64,000 nucleotides of DNA, from NCBI GenBank assembly GCA_963767555.1, contig CAVYEL010000006.1, positions 209,178 through 273,177 on the forward strand, in the 5' to 3' direction. This stretch comes from an uncultured Bacteroidaceae bacterium (lineage in GTDB: Bacteria; Bacteroidota; Bacteroidia; Bacteroidales; SM23-62). Made by a program: the position numbers and the translations under genes. Position 1 is the stretch's first letter, and each line of letters opens with the position of its first letter. Shown here in pieces: positions 32,731 to 41,630 of this stretch. Under the pieces are notes generated by a model. The model saw only the letters and a list, made by a program, of their open reading frames with translations, was not told where the DNA came from and did no database searches.

Positions 32731-32805
32731 GGGCGATTAGCTCAGCTGGTTCAGAGCACCTGCCTTACAAGCAGGGGGTCACTGGTTCGAATCCAGTATC
32801 GCCCA
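32731..32805 (+). tRNA. tRNA-Val (anticodon TAC)
   Basis: Hand-folded cloverleaf: acceptor gggcgat/atcgccc, D stem gctc/gagc, anticodon stem cctgc/gcagg with loop cttacaa, T stem actgg/ccagt with loop ttcgaat, discriminator A. No encoded CCA. Confidence 0.9.
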
Positions 32806-32806
32806 C
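32790..32806. repeat. att-like 17-mer copy A (3' end of tRNA-Val)
   Basis: aatccagtatcgcccac. Identical at 32969-32985 and 16/17 identical at 39982-39998. Confidence 0.85.
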
Positions 32807-32817
32807 AATCAAAATCA

Positions 32818-32846
32818 ATCCGATCGGTATTCCGGTCGGGTTTTTT
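32818..32846 (+). terminator. hairpin terminator after tRNA-Val
   Basis: atccgatcgg-tatt-ccggtcgggt stem (two G-U pairs) followed by T6. A near-identical hairpin lies at 41631-41665. Confidence 0.55.
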
Positions 32847-32968
32847 AATATTCAAATCCATGCAAACTTGTTTGCAGTTGGATTTGGATATGAAAACCAG
32901 GCCAAGCCTGTGGTTGATTTTATTGTTAAGACCCCCGGAAGGATCACGACCGAGTTTGCGAGGTCGCT

Positions 32969-32985
32969 AATCCAGTATCGCCCAC
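32969..32985. repeat. att-like 17-mer copy B, inside a degenerate tRNA 3'-half
   Basis: aatccagtatcgcccac preceded by gcgaggtcgct, which resembles gcagggggtcactggttcg of the tRNA. Shares the extra 5' gct with copy C. Confidence 0.8.
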
Positions 32986-33069
32986 CCAGATAACCAGATA
33001 GTTATAGAGATTATTGAACCGTCTGGTTACAATGCGACCTAATGTTAGGCACTGGCCTTTTTCCTTATC

Positions 33070-34348
33070 TTAATTAAATTCTTTGGTTCTTAAATATTTA
33101 TTAATGTATTGTATCTTTTCTTGAGGAATATCAATCTCAGCTGCTATTTTAGACCATTGATTCACTGCTGTTATAACTTCATCTAAAATTGATTGGCTTT
33201 TTTGATTCCAAATTTTTTAGCAAAACCCAATAAATCGTCTTTAGTAAAATTATCATATTTACCATTAATTGATGATTGGTGTACATTTGTCCATGTTCCA
33301 CCTGGACTATATGAAAAACAAATGTCATATGCTGGAGATATTTGCCATTTTCCATCCTTATTCATTAAGAATGAGAAGTTCTTTACATGGTCATCATGAT
33401 TTCTTGCAACGACATTAAATAACATGCGTCTATATTGCTGTTCAAATTGTTTGTATGAAAGTTGAAGCCTTTTCATAACCCTGAATAAAGTTTCATAATT
33501 GCTAGCTTTTTGAATTTTATAATCTATGCCTGCTAAAGCACTGAATGTTTGCATATGAATTTTTTCACCATTATCTGTTCGGTCAAATCGTTTCGTTAAA
33601 AAGTGAAATCTTCCATTTTCTTCATGCAAAGTACTTTCTGAGATTTCAATCCCGGCTTCTTTTGCTAATTTGTAATAAGCAAATTCTATTTTGCCCATAC
33701 CTTCACTTTCTCCTAAGGTTTGTTCATTTGCTCCATCAATTTTCAGTAGCCAATACGAATAACCTTTGGTTGCATGATATCGCCGGGTCTTATTTCTTTA
33801 ATTTTTTTGTTTTGATCTCTTTTAATAGCAATCAAAGCTTTAGCTCTTGCCCCTCCAACGGATGTTCCTATTCTTAATATTTCAGTAAGACTATCTTTAT
33901 CCAAATCAGAAAAGGAAGTTTCTTTCTTATTTTCTAAAACGCTTTTTGCAACTTGTATATTTCACTAATATCAACAAGACTATTATCATCTTCTCTGTGA
34001 TTAGCTGGTATATACTCCAATGCTCCCATTCCTCTTTTACCCACATAAGTTAATCTGTCAACCGGATTAATGTCATCGATTGACAATTCTCTTTGTTTTA
34101 GCCATTCTTTCATCATGACATTACCAAAATCATCTGGCATTGAATCAGATAATAAATAAGGCAAATTGTGAAAGTTGATAGTGATCTCTGTTTGTTTCAA
34201 ATATTCTTTCTTCCGTTGGCATTATAATCGGAGAAGGTTCTATGACTTTAACTATTTCACTATTATATTGAAAAGTAGAACTTCTCTTATCAGAATTCCA
34301 TTCTGCCGTTCCTAATAATTGACCATACAACTTAACTTCTACTATCAT
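33070..34348 (-). pseudogene. hipA: HipA-family serine/threonine kinase toxin, about 4 apparent frameshifts
   Basis: Five collinear pieces read: MIVEVKLYGQLLGTAEWNSD; LPYLLSDSMPDDFGN; GTSVGGARAKALIA; WLLKIDG...GKIEFAYYKLAKEAGI. The catalytic loop NHDDHVKNFSF and SPAYDICFS are present. The C-terminus ILDEVITAVNQWSKIAAEIDIP ends at 33070. Confidence 0.8.
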
Positions 34349-34350
34349 GG

Positions 34351-34668
34351 CTATTTTATTTTTTTAGATGCTCGTTTTCTTTCTGATTTTAATTTCGCTT
34401 TTTCAAATTTTAATTTAAGTTCTAGGTTTTCTCCTACTCTAAATACTGATTCAAAATCTTTTATCCGATTTAATCTTATTAAAATCCTTATTAAACTTTC
34501 AACCGTAGTGGATTTCCCTTGTTCTATCAGGCTAATTGTTGAAACACTTAATCCAACTTCTTCACTCATTTCTTTTTGAGTGAGGTTATGTTGGAGTCGT
34601 ATTTTCTTAAGCCTTTTGCCTATTTCTTTTAATATTTCCTGTTCTGTTAAAAACAACCAATTATCCAT
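34351..34668 (-). CDS. hipB: XRE-family HTH antitoxin HipB-like
   Basis: Intact 105 aa with HTH LKKIRLQHNLTQKEMSEEVGLSVSTISLIEQGK. Its stop is 2 nt upstream of the hipA start. Has a Lys-rich C-terminal tail. Confidence 0.8.
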   Translation of the reverse strand: MDNWLFLTEQEILKEIGKRLKKIRLQHNLTQKEMSEEVGLSVSTISLIEQGKSTTVESLIRILIRLNRIKDFESVFRVGENLELKLKFEKAKLKSERKRASKKIK

Positions 34669-34719
34669 TTTGTTAAATTTAAATATTAAAATGTAAGTAG
34701 TTAAGTGAATAAAAATTAT

Positions 34720-34834
34720 ATAACTATTAATATATCATAAGTTAATGCAAATGATAGTAAAATATTTTAACTATTAAAATATTAGTAGATAATGACCGAA
34801 ATCAGCACATAACTATTAATATGTCATAAGTTAT
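34720..34834 (-). promoter_or_regulatory. putative hipBA operator/promoter region with two 25-nt direct repeats
   Basis: ataactattaatatAtcataagtta (34720-34744) and ataactattaatatGtcataagtta (34809-34833) match at 24/25. Each has ataact...agtta(t/a) dyad ends. A partial copy taactattaaaatatt lies at 34768-34783. The region is 52-166 nt upstream of the hipB ATG. Confidence 0.45.
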
Positions 34835-34968
34835 ATGTGATTAGTCATTTTGGCTTGTGCCTGGATGGTCAAGTGTAGATGAAGCGTGTGAAAGTGATAA
34901 CTGATTAGCATAAGCTGCAAAACCCCTGGCTTAGTGACCATTTGTTGATGTCGCCTTTGAAGCCATTG

Positions 34969-34997
34969 AAAAAGCCCGGTCATTGAGCCGGGCTTTT
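34969..34997 (-). terminator. rho-independent terminator downstream of the fibre-like gene
   Basis: agcccgg-N8-ccgggct stem. On the minus strand it is followed by a T5 run, 23 nt after the stop at 35020. Confidence 0.6.
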
Positions 34998-35019
34998 CGT
35001 AGCTTATAAGGTGGCAATC

Positions 35020-36542
35020 TTAATTAACTTTCGCACCTGAAAAATGGGTATATGCATAATTTGAAGAGGTGTTTCCAGAGACCCGGGCACCAGCATCATT
35101 ACAACTCCCCCATAATTGGGCGGTCTGGCCTGCAGAAAGGTAGAGGGTGATAGAGATACTCACTCCCTGATAAGCTGAACTGGAATAAGCCCATGCACCC
35201 TCATAGTTATTGTTTCCAGCCCTAAGTATAGCATAAATCAGACTTCCTGGAGTCATGTCGATGAAGTATATCACACCATTAAATGAGTATATTCCATCTT
35301 CCGGAGCAGTAAAAGTGTTTGTACTCAGGTTAAAAGCATTTCCCTGGTTTTCCCAAACACTTGCACCAGTGCTGAAATCAACAAGCTTTGAATCAGGGCC
35401 TCCCCAAGTTATAGCTGTGCTTTTCTTTACCTCAAAATAAATTCGATCTTCAGTCAGTGGTTCCCAGGTTGCCAGACCGGTACCATCGGAAGTCAGAACT
35501 TCGCCCTCAGCAGGAGTTCCTCCGGTAATTCTAACCTGTCCAGCTACTTCGAGCGTGGCGCCTGGAGTATCCGTTCCAATCCCGACATTTCCGCCATAAG
35601 GATTCAGATTCAGGTCACCAGCAGTAAAGTTTTGCAATCGAAGATCCTCATCGCCGACATCATACCATAGATAAGCTTTGAAGATATCGTCATCGTACAA
35701 TGACAGGAATATACCTTCCCCGGATGGTGCAGATAAGGATAGCTGTCCCCGGCTGGTGACTGGAGAACCATGCGCATGAATATAGGTCGCCGGGCTGCTG
35801 GTGCCGATGCCAACATTGCCGTATTGTAGTAGATATTGCTGCCTGCTGTCGTCCACTGACTACCAAGGATGGTGGGAGTATCGGTTAAATCGTTGTAACT
35901 GCCACTTGTGGCAACAGTTGCAAATGTTGGTTTGCCAGTGACTTCATTCCAGGTAGGAACATATCCAATGGGTCGGTAGAGTCCATCGTGGTCACCCCAA
36001 CCAAATGCGGTATTCCAGTTTGCAATTAAACCTGATGTAATACCATTCGCAGCATGAGATGTATTCATCCCATCTGAAATTCCATAACCTGCGAGTGTTG
36101 TTGGTTTATTCGTCAAATCTATATAACTACCGCTGAATACATTCCCTGCTGTCTCAGAGTATAAAGCATACGGTACGCTTAATATTTGACTTGTGCCAAT
36201 AATCGTATAGTTTGCTCCACCACTCGGATCCGTTTCGGTTTTAATGTAATACGGTCCACTTGACCAATCAATGGCCGAGAAATCATCACTTGTTGTGCCT
36301 GTTCCAATTTCAATGCTGACCAATCCATTTGCATTTGACTCTGGTGATTGGGTTTCTGCATAAACGACAGTTCCTTCTGCAGAGCCTTGCAAAATACTGA
36401 TTTTCATACCAACAGGAACACTGGTTACAAGGTTATTGCTGTTATTGCGGATTATTGCCTGGTAGCTCATTTTTTCTGGTGACTGGGCGAAGATGCTTGA
36501 TAATAATGCTATGGTTGCGATTAGTGAAAATAACTTTTTCAT
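35020..36542 (-). CDS. secreted fibre-like protein with C-terminal C1q/TNF-like domain, one apparent frameshift near 35822
   Basis: Signal peptide MKKLFSLIATIALLSSIFAQ. N-terminal module MSYQAIIRN...ISILQGS...VYAETQ. Tail-fibre-like YxDLTxKPT and GNVGIGT motifs occur twice each. The C-terminus matches the core of the C1q signature (NQGNAFNLSTNTFTAPEDGIYSF) and ends HFSGAKVN. A GG/GGG indel joins ORFs 35610-36542 and 35020-35856. Confidence 0.6.
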
Positions 36543-36553
36543 TGTTTTGAGAT

Positions 36554-37054
36554 TTATTGGTTTTTAATGATTTTAAATGTTTTGACTACTTCCTGATTGT
36601 TTGTGACTCTCAGAAAATAAGTTGCAGGAGCAAGATGTGCCATTGAAATAGTGGTTTTGATGTCGATCAGTTTTTTACTAATCAAAAGTTTTCCCATCAT
36701 GTTGTAAAGCTGAAAGGACAAGTTTTCGTTTTCAAGGATTTCAACTTCCAAGGTTAGAAGATCAGTTGTAGGATTTGGATAAACCGTACATATTAAATTT
36801 ATGTCTTTGGCTTGTTCAATTCCAACTCCAACTACAACCGAAATCTCGTAAGGTTGTTGTACTCCTTCAGCCACAGAACCATTTGTGCCTGTACTGGTAG
36901 AATAGAATACCTGACCAATGGTATAGCTCACTGAACCACCGCTGCCCGAAGCATTACCCCCTGTGGCTGGAATGGCTTCCTGAGCCTGTAAGTTTACTGT
37001 TAGTCCGATTCCTAACAAGAATACAATACATAGTTTTAATCGTTTTCGTCTCAT
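36554..37054 (-). CDS. small T9SS-secreted protein (type A C-terminal sorting domain)
   Basis: Intact 166 aa with a signal peptide and a GGNASGSGGSVSYTIGQVFY module. The C-terminal Por_Secre_tail-like sequence reads VYPNPTTDLLTLEV...ATYFLRVTNNQEVVKTFKIIKN. Confidence 0.7.
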   Translation of the reverse strand: MRRKRLKLCIVFLLGIGLTVNLQAQEAIPATGGNASGSGGSVSYTIGQVFYSTSTGTNGSVAEGVQQPYEISVVVGVGIEQAKDINLICTVYPNPTTDLLTLEVEILENENLSFQLYNMMGKLLISKKLIDIKTTISMAHLAPATYFLRVTNNQEVVKTFKIIKNQ

Positions 37055-37065
37055 GTTACCTCCTT

Positions 37066-37317
37066 TTAAGAATTTAATTTATGTTGAGTAATAGTAGTGT
37101 CAATCATATTCGGTAAACAGGAAATGGGAGTGGTCCAAACACCACCCCACTTTCTTTTTACCAGCCACCTCGATGGCACAACCAGGGAAATAAAGTGCTT
37201 AAATTCAATGCAGAAACGGATGAACCTGCAACAGGATAAGATGAGTATATAACAATGATAGACAATGCTAACTGCAAATACTGTCTTTGGGAACCATTTT
37301 TTAATCTCTGTTTTCAT
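37066..37317 (-). CDS. hypothetical small membrane protein (possible first gene of the operon)
   Basis: 83-aa ORF with one hydrophobic helix (TVFAVSIVYHCYILILSCC). Its 11-nt gap to the next gene equals the next intergenic gap. No recognisable family. Confidence 0.3.
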   Translation of the reverse strand: MKTEIKKWFPKTVFAVSIVYHCYILILSCCRFIRFCIEFKHFISLVVPSRWLVKRKWGGVWTTPISCLPNMIDTTITQHKLNS

Positions 37318-37563
37318 GACGCTAGACTTAGACTTTGTATAGTGCTAATGTATTGCACAAAAAATCCCTGGTCTAACAGCAATGTATCCAGTTTTGATAA
37401 TTATGTAACGGGATTGTAAAGAATTTCAGAAGGTAGCCATTAATAATACCAACTATATTTGAACTATATATATAGGATTAAGGAATTCGTTTACGCAAGC
37501 GAGCTTGCAGGCATTAGGATACAGCCAGCAGTGGTACAAGTATCCCGATACCCCGGTAAATTG

Positions 37564-38127
37564 TCATTTATAATAATTTATAACCTCTTCCGGACTCTTT
37601 CTGGGGGTTGCTGCCGTGATTGCATCTACACTATTATCAACATTACCAATCCTCAGGACTACCACGGCCTTATAGCCTGAAGGGATCTGAAAACGTTCTT
37701 TATTTTCATTGATATTTCCGGCAGGACTGCCGTATATTCGTGCACCAAGACCAAGTCCGTGTGCGGCTACAAACATACTTTCCGTGGCAAGGCCGCAATC
37801 AAAATCGGGGGTTGTCCCGCTTTCGGATTCCATCCCTGAAATAATAACCAGAACATTGCCGGGAACCACATTATTGATTATCTCCTTCATGACAGAATCC
37901 TTACTGATCACTGTGAACTTCCAGGGCTGTTTGTTCCTGCCACTGGGAGCTTTAATCCCACATCTCAGAACCAGATCGAGTTGCTGATCCGTTACAGGAT
38001 CTGATGAATATATCTTTTCTGAGAATGCCGTTAACAGCGTATTGGTAACACAATTGTCAGTTGTCTGACTGTACAATTCTGAGGTGATACAAATTACGAT
38101 TACGATAAGGGAAAGTATTGTTTTCAT
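37564..38127 (-). CDS. nitroreductase-family protein with N-terminal signal peptide
   Basis: Intact 187 aa. MKTILSLIVIVICITSELYSQ, then APSGRNKQPWKFTVI and GLGLGARIYG nitroreductase motifs. Confidence 0.7.
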   Translation of the reverse strand: MKTILSLIVIVICITSELYSQTTDNCVTNTLLTAFSEKIYSSDPVTDQQLDLVLRCGIKAPSGRNKQPWKFTVISKDSVMKEIINNVVPGNVLVIISGMESESGTTPDFDCGLATESMFVAAHGLGLGARIYGSPAGNINENKERFQIPSGYKAVVVLRIGNVDNSVDAITAATPRKSPEEVINYYK

Positions 38128-38367
38128 GGCTGATCCTATTAAATGATATGTTATATATACTATCCAAAAGATAACGAAAATAATTCATTTATACCCTTCC
38201 CATCCCCAGGAGATCAAAATTGGATTCCAGCATCACCCAAAAAACAAATACAACTCTGAATGGCAACATTTAGGTTTTTTAATTAATGCTCATCCTGGGA
38301 CCACTGGTTAAGTTGAGAATTATGAATTAATTTTAACCATGAAATAATATAGGTGAAAGAAATTGAT

Positions 38368-39975
38368 ATGACATATGATAAAATGATTGCGCAAAAGAAT
38401 ACTAAGATCTTTTTTATATCACTTGGGTTTCTCCTTATGCATGTCCTCGTAAATAGCCAACACCAGCCTTTACTTGTAGTAGAACTGGAAAACACCCAAC
38501 CTCGAAATATTATTTTTATTTTGAGTGATGATCACAGGTATGATTTTATGGGATTTACAGGTGTCTTACCATGGTTGGAAACGCCTGCAATGGATGCACT
38601 GGCCCGGGAGGGGGCATATTTCCCCAATGCATTTGTGACAACATCACTGTGTTCTCCCAGCCGTGCATCAATATTAACCGGGCAGTATAGCCATACACAT
38701 AAAGTAGTGGATAATTCTGCTCCTGCACCCAAAGAATCTGATCTATTTTCCGCAATATCTTCAAACAAAAGGGTATCAAACTTCTTTTTTTGGGAAATGG
38801 CATATGGGAGGCAATACGGATGATCCCCGTCCAGGTTTTGACCATTGGGAAAGCTTCAGGGGACAGGGGGCTTATTATGATCTGACTTTAAATATTAATG
38901 GTGAACATAAAAATTATAATGATTCAATATATACAACTGATCTATTAACAGAACATGCCATTCAATGGCTGAAAGGCAGGGATACCCAAAAACCTTTTTT
39001 TATGTATCTATCCCACAAAGCAGTTCATGGTCGTTACATACCGGCAAAACGGCATTTAGGCAAATATAACGATGTGACGCTTGAATTACCGCCTTCATTT
39101 TTTACTTCCGCACAACCAGTAAAGGGCAAAAGCCATCCGTATGGATATCAGAATTATTTAGGCCCCGATAAAGATCAAATCAAAGAGCCGGCAAGGGATG
39201 AAGACTATTACGGAGAGGGACGGATGCCCGATTGGCAGAAAATGCAGAGAGAAAGCTGGCACGGAGTAGATTATATGTACCATGCACAGCATGTTAATTT
39301 TGAAACCCTAGTAAAAAGATATTGTGAACTGATATTGTCTTTGGACGAAAGCATAGGTAGTATTCTGGAGTACCTGGATAATGAGGGCTTAAGTGAATCA
39401 ACCGTGGTTATATATATGGGAGACAATGGTCACTCATTCGGTGAACACGGATTAATCGACAAACGCCATTTTTATGAGGAGTCGGCTAAAGTTCCATTTT
39501 TAGTGAGGTGTCCAGAAATAATAGACGGAGGACGGGTTATTAAAGAAATGATTCAAAATATAGATGTTGCCCCAACGATATTGGAATTAGCCGGTATTGG
39601 GAAACCGGACCAGATGCAAGGGATGTCAATTGTGCCAATTCTAATAGGAGAAAAGACATACCTGGAGGGATAAAATATTTTATGAATATTATTGGGAAAA
39701 TAATTATCCTCAGACTCCGACAATGCATGGTGTTCGTACGGATAGATATAAACTAATCCGATACCATGGAATCTGGGATACAAATGAATTTTATGATCTT
39801 GAAGAAGACCCTTACGAAATGAATAACCTGATTGCAAGTCCCCGGCATCAGAGTTCTTATTAAGGAACTCACAGATGAAATTTACGATTGGTTGGAAAGC
39901 ACTGGCGGCATGCAAATCCCATTAAAAAGAACGGGACAAAGAGGTGGTGATCATAGAAATCGCGGAGTTTATTAG
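38368..39975 (+). CDS. Cys-type sulfatase, about 3 apparent frameshifts
   Basis: Signal peptide, then [12 protein letters not shown] and the formylglycine motif [12 protein letters not shown], and [12 protein letters not shown]. Collinear pieces are 38353-38823, 38804-39673, [32 protein letters not shown] and a final frame ending at TAG 39973-39975. Confidence 0.8.
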
Positions 39976-39981
39976 CTTGCT

Positions 39982-39998
39982 AATCCAGTATCACCCAC
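39982..39998. repeat. att-like 17-mer copy C (right boundary of the islet)
   Basis: aatccagtatcAcccac matches the tRNA 3' end at 16/17. It is preceded by gct as in copy B and starts 6 nt after the sulfatase stop. Confidence 0.8.
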
Positions 39999-40050
39999 AA
40001 CAAATCCTCGTGATAATTGTATAAATATTAATGTTAACTAAATGGCTTAA

Positions 40051-40766
40051 ATGAAAACTATATTTCACGAGGCATCGTCACGAGGACATGCAAATCACAG
40101 CTGGCTCAGCAGCTACCATACATTCAGCTTTGCTGGCTATTACAACCCTGAACGGATGCACTTCGGAGTACTTAGGGTATTAAATGATGATACGGTTGAT
40201 GAGGGAATGGGATTTAATACCCATCCACATGATAATATGGAGATCATATCCATTCCACTGGAGGGCGATCTGGAGCATAAGGACAGCATGGGCAATGTCA
40301 CCCTTATCCGTGAGGGAGATGTTCAGGTGATGAGTGCGGGCACAGGAATTTACCACAGTGAGTACAATAAGAATGATGACAGGAAAGTAAAATTCCTTCA
40401 GATATGGGTAATTCCGAACAAGAAGAATGTGAAAGCCAAGATACGATCAGATCTCTATGAGTGATATTGCAAGGCAGGATGAATTTTACCAGATCCTTTC
40501 TCCGCATCAAGATGGACAGGGTGTATGGATCCACCAGGATGCCTGGTTCCATATTGGTGAATTTACGGCAGGGACCAAATCAGCCTACTCATTAAATAAA
40601 GAGGGAAACGGAATTTATATTTTTATACTTGATGGCCAGGTTGATATAAACAGGATCAAAATGAACGAGCGAGACGGTCTGGGGATCACCGAAGTTAATT
40701 CATTCGACTTTTCCTCTATACACAGATTCAAAAGTCCTCTTAATGGAAGTTCCAATGCAGAATTAG
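40051..40766 (+). CDS. pirin family protein, about 2 apparent frameshifts
   Basis: SRGHANHSWLSSYHTFSFA...GFNTHPHDNMEIISIPLEG...HSEYN cupin metal-site motifs. Continues in ORF 40457-40822. The true C-terminus DSKVLLMEVPMQN is in a third frame and ends at 40766. Confidence 0.8.
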
Positions 40767-40955
40767 TGGTCATCACACGCTGCCATAGAAAATACCTTCT
40801 ATTAGGTAAGAAAAACCCTTAAATTTTTTCTCCTTTATCAGTTTTGACAGTTTTAATAGTTCACATTTTGTTTAATATATATTTAATAATTTGAACAAAA
40901 ACGAGAATTGCATGTTTATAGTATAGATAATCATTAACATTAAAACTTAAGCAAA

Positions 40956-41600
40956 ATGAAAAAATTAATCAATTTTATCAGTTTAGGAGGTTTAGCCGTG
41001 GTTCTGATGGCCTCTACATATATTCTGGATGAAGGAAATGAGCCTTCTTCATCTTCAGCAAGCGCTGTCAGCCATGTTGTTTTGGATGAAGCATCATCCC
41101 TCATCTGGGAGGGTGGTAAGATAATCGGAGGAAAGCATGCCGGCACCCTGGCCATAAATGAAAGTTCACTTTTTTTCGATGGCACCAAACTGGCTGGAGG
41201 GTCATTTGTAATGGATATGACTTCCATAAAAAATACAGATCTGGATGAAGGATCTGCAAAAAAACTCGAAGGGCATCTAAAATCTGAAGACTTTTTCGGC
41301 GTTTCAAAATACCCAACTTCTACGTTTAGTATCTCAAAGGTTGAGCCTGGAGATAACCTTGATGAATACAATGTCACAGGTAACCTGACCATCAAGTCAA
41401 CTACCCTGCCAATATCTTTTCCTGTTGTAATTAACTGGGATGCTGACAGGGCCATTGCCAAAGCAAAGATCTCAGTGGATAGGGCAGATTTCGATGTTCG
41501 ATATGGTTCCGGAAGGTTTTTCGATGGACTGGGCGACAAGGCGATCAAAGATGAATTTACCCTGGATGTAACAATCGTTTCCGAAATGCTAAGTAACTGA
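40956..41600 (+). CDS. YceI-like polyisoprenoid-binding protein
   Basis: Intact 214 aa with signal/TM. HLKSEDFFGVSKYPTSTFSISKV...VTGNLTIKSTTLPISFP...FDVRYGS is typical of the YceI fold. Confidence 0.8.
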   Translation: MKKLINFISLGGLAVVLMASTYILDEGNEPSSSSASAVSHVVLDEASSLIWEGGKIIGGKHAGTLAINESSLFFDGTKLAGGSFVMDMTSIKNTDLDEGSAKKLEGHLKSEDFFGVSKYPTSTFSISKVEPGDNLDEYNVTGNLTIKSTTLPISFPVVINWDADRAIAKAKISVDRADFDVRYGSGRFFDGLGDKAIKDEFTLDVTIVSEMLSN

Positions 41601-41630
41601 TCTGAGTCCAATTTCGCCAACAAAAAATTC

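Noticed and set aside
33070-34348. Possible tripartite HipBST-like split of the kinase into HipS plus HipT
   Set aside because: The fragments abut without start codons or ribosome-binding spacing, and they rejoin by single-base shifts into one HipA-length protein.
37459-37680. 73-aa + strand ORF preceded by a TATATTTG box
   Set aside because: It overlaps the 3' end of the nitroreductase gene in antisense and has no recognisable features. The box is plausibly a chance match in AT-rich DNA.
32986-39981. Integrase, excisionase or conjugation genes that would make the islet a complete integrative element
   Set aside because: I went through all six frames of the ORF track and the gaps. Nothing resembles a tyrosine or serine recombinase. 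Absence is therefore reported, not assumed.
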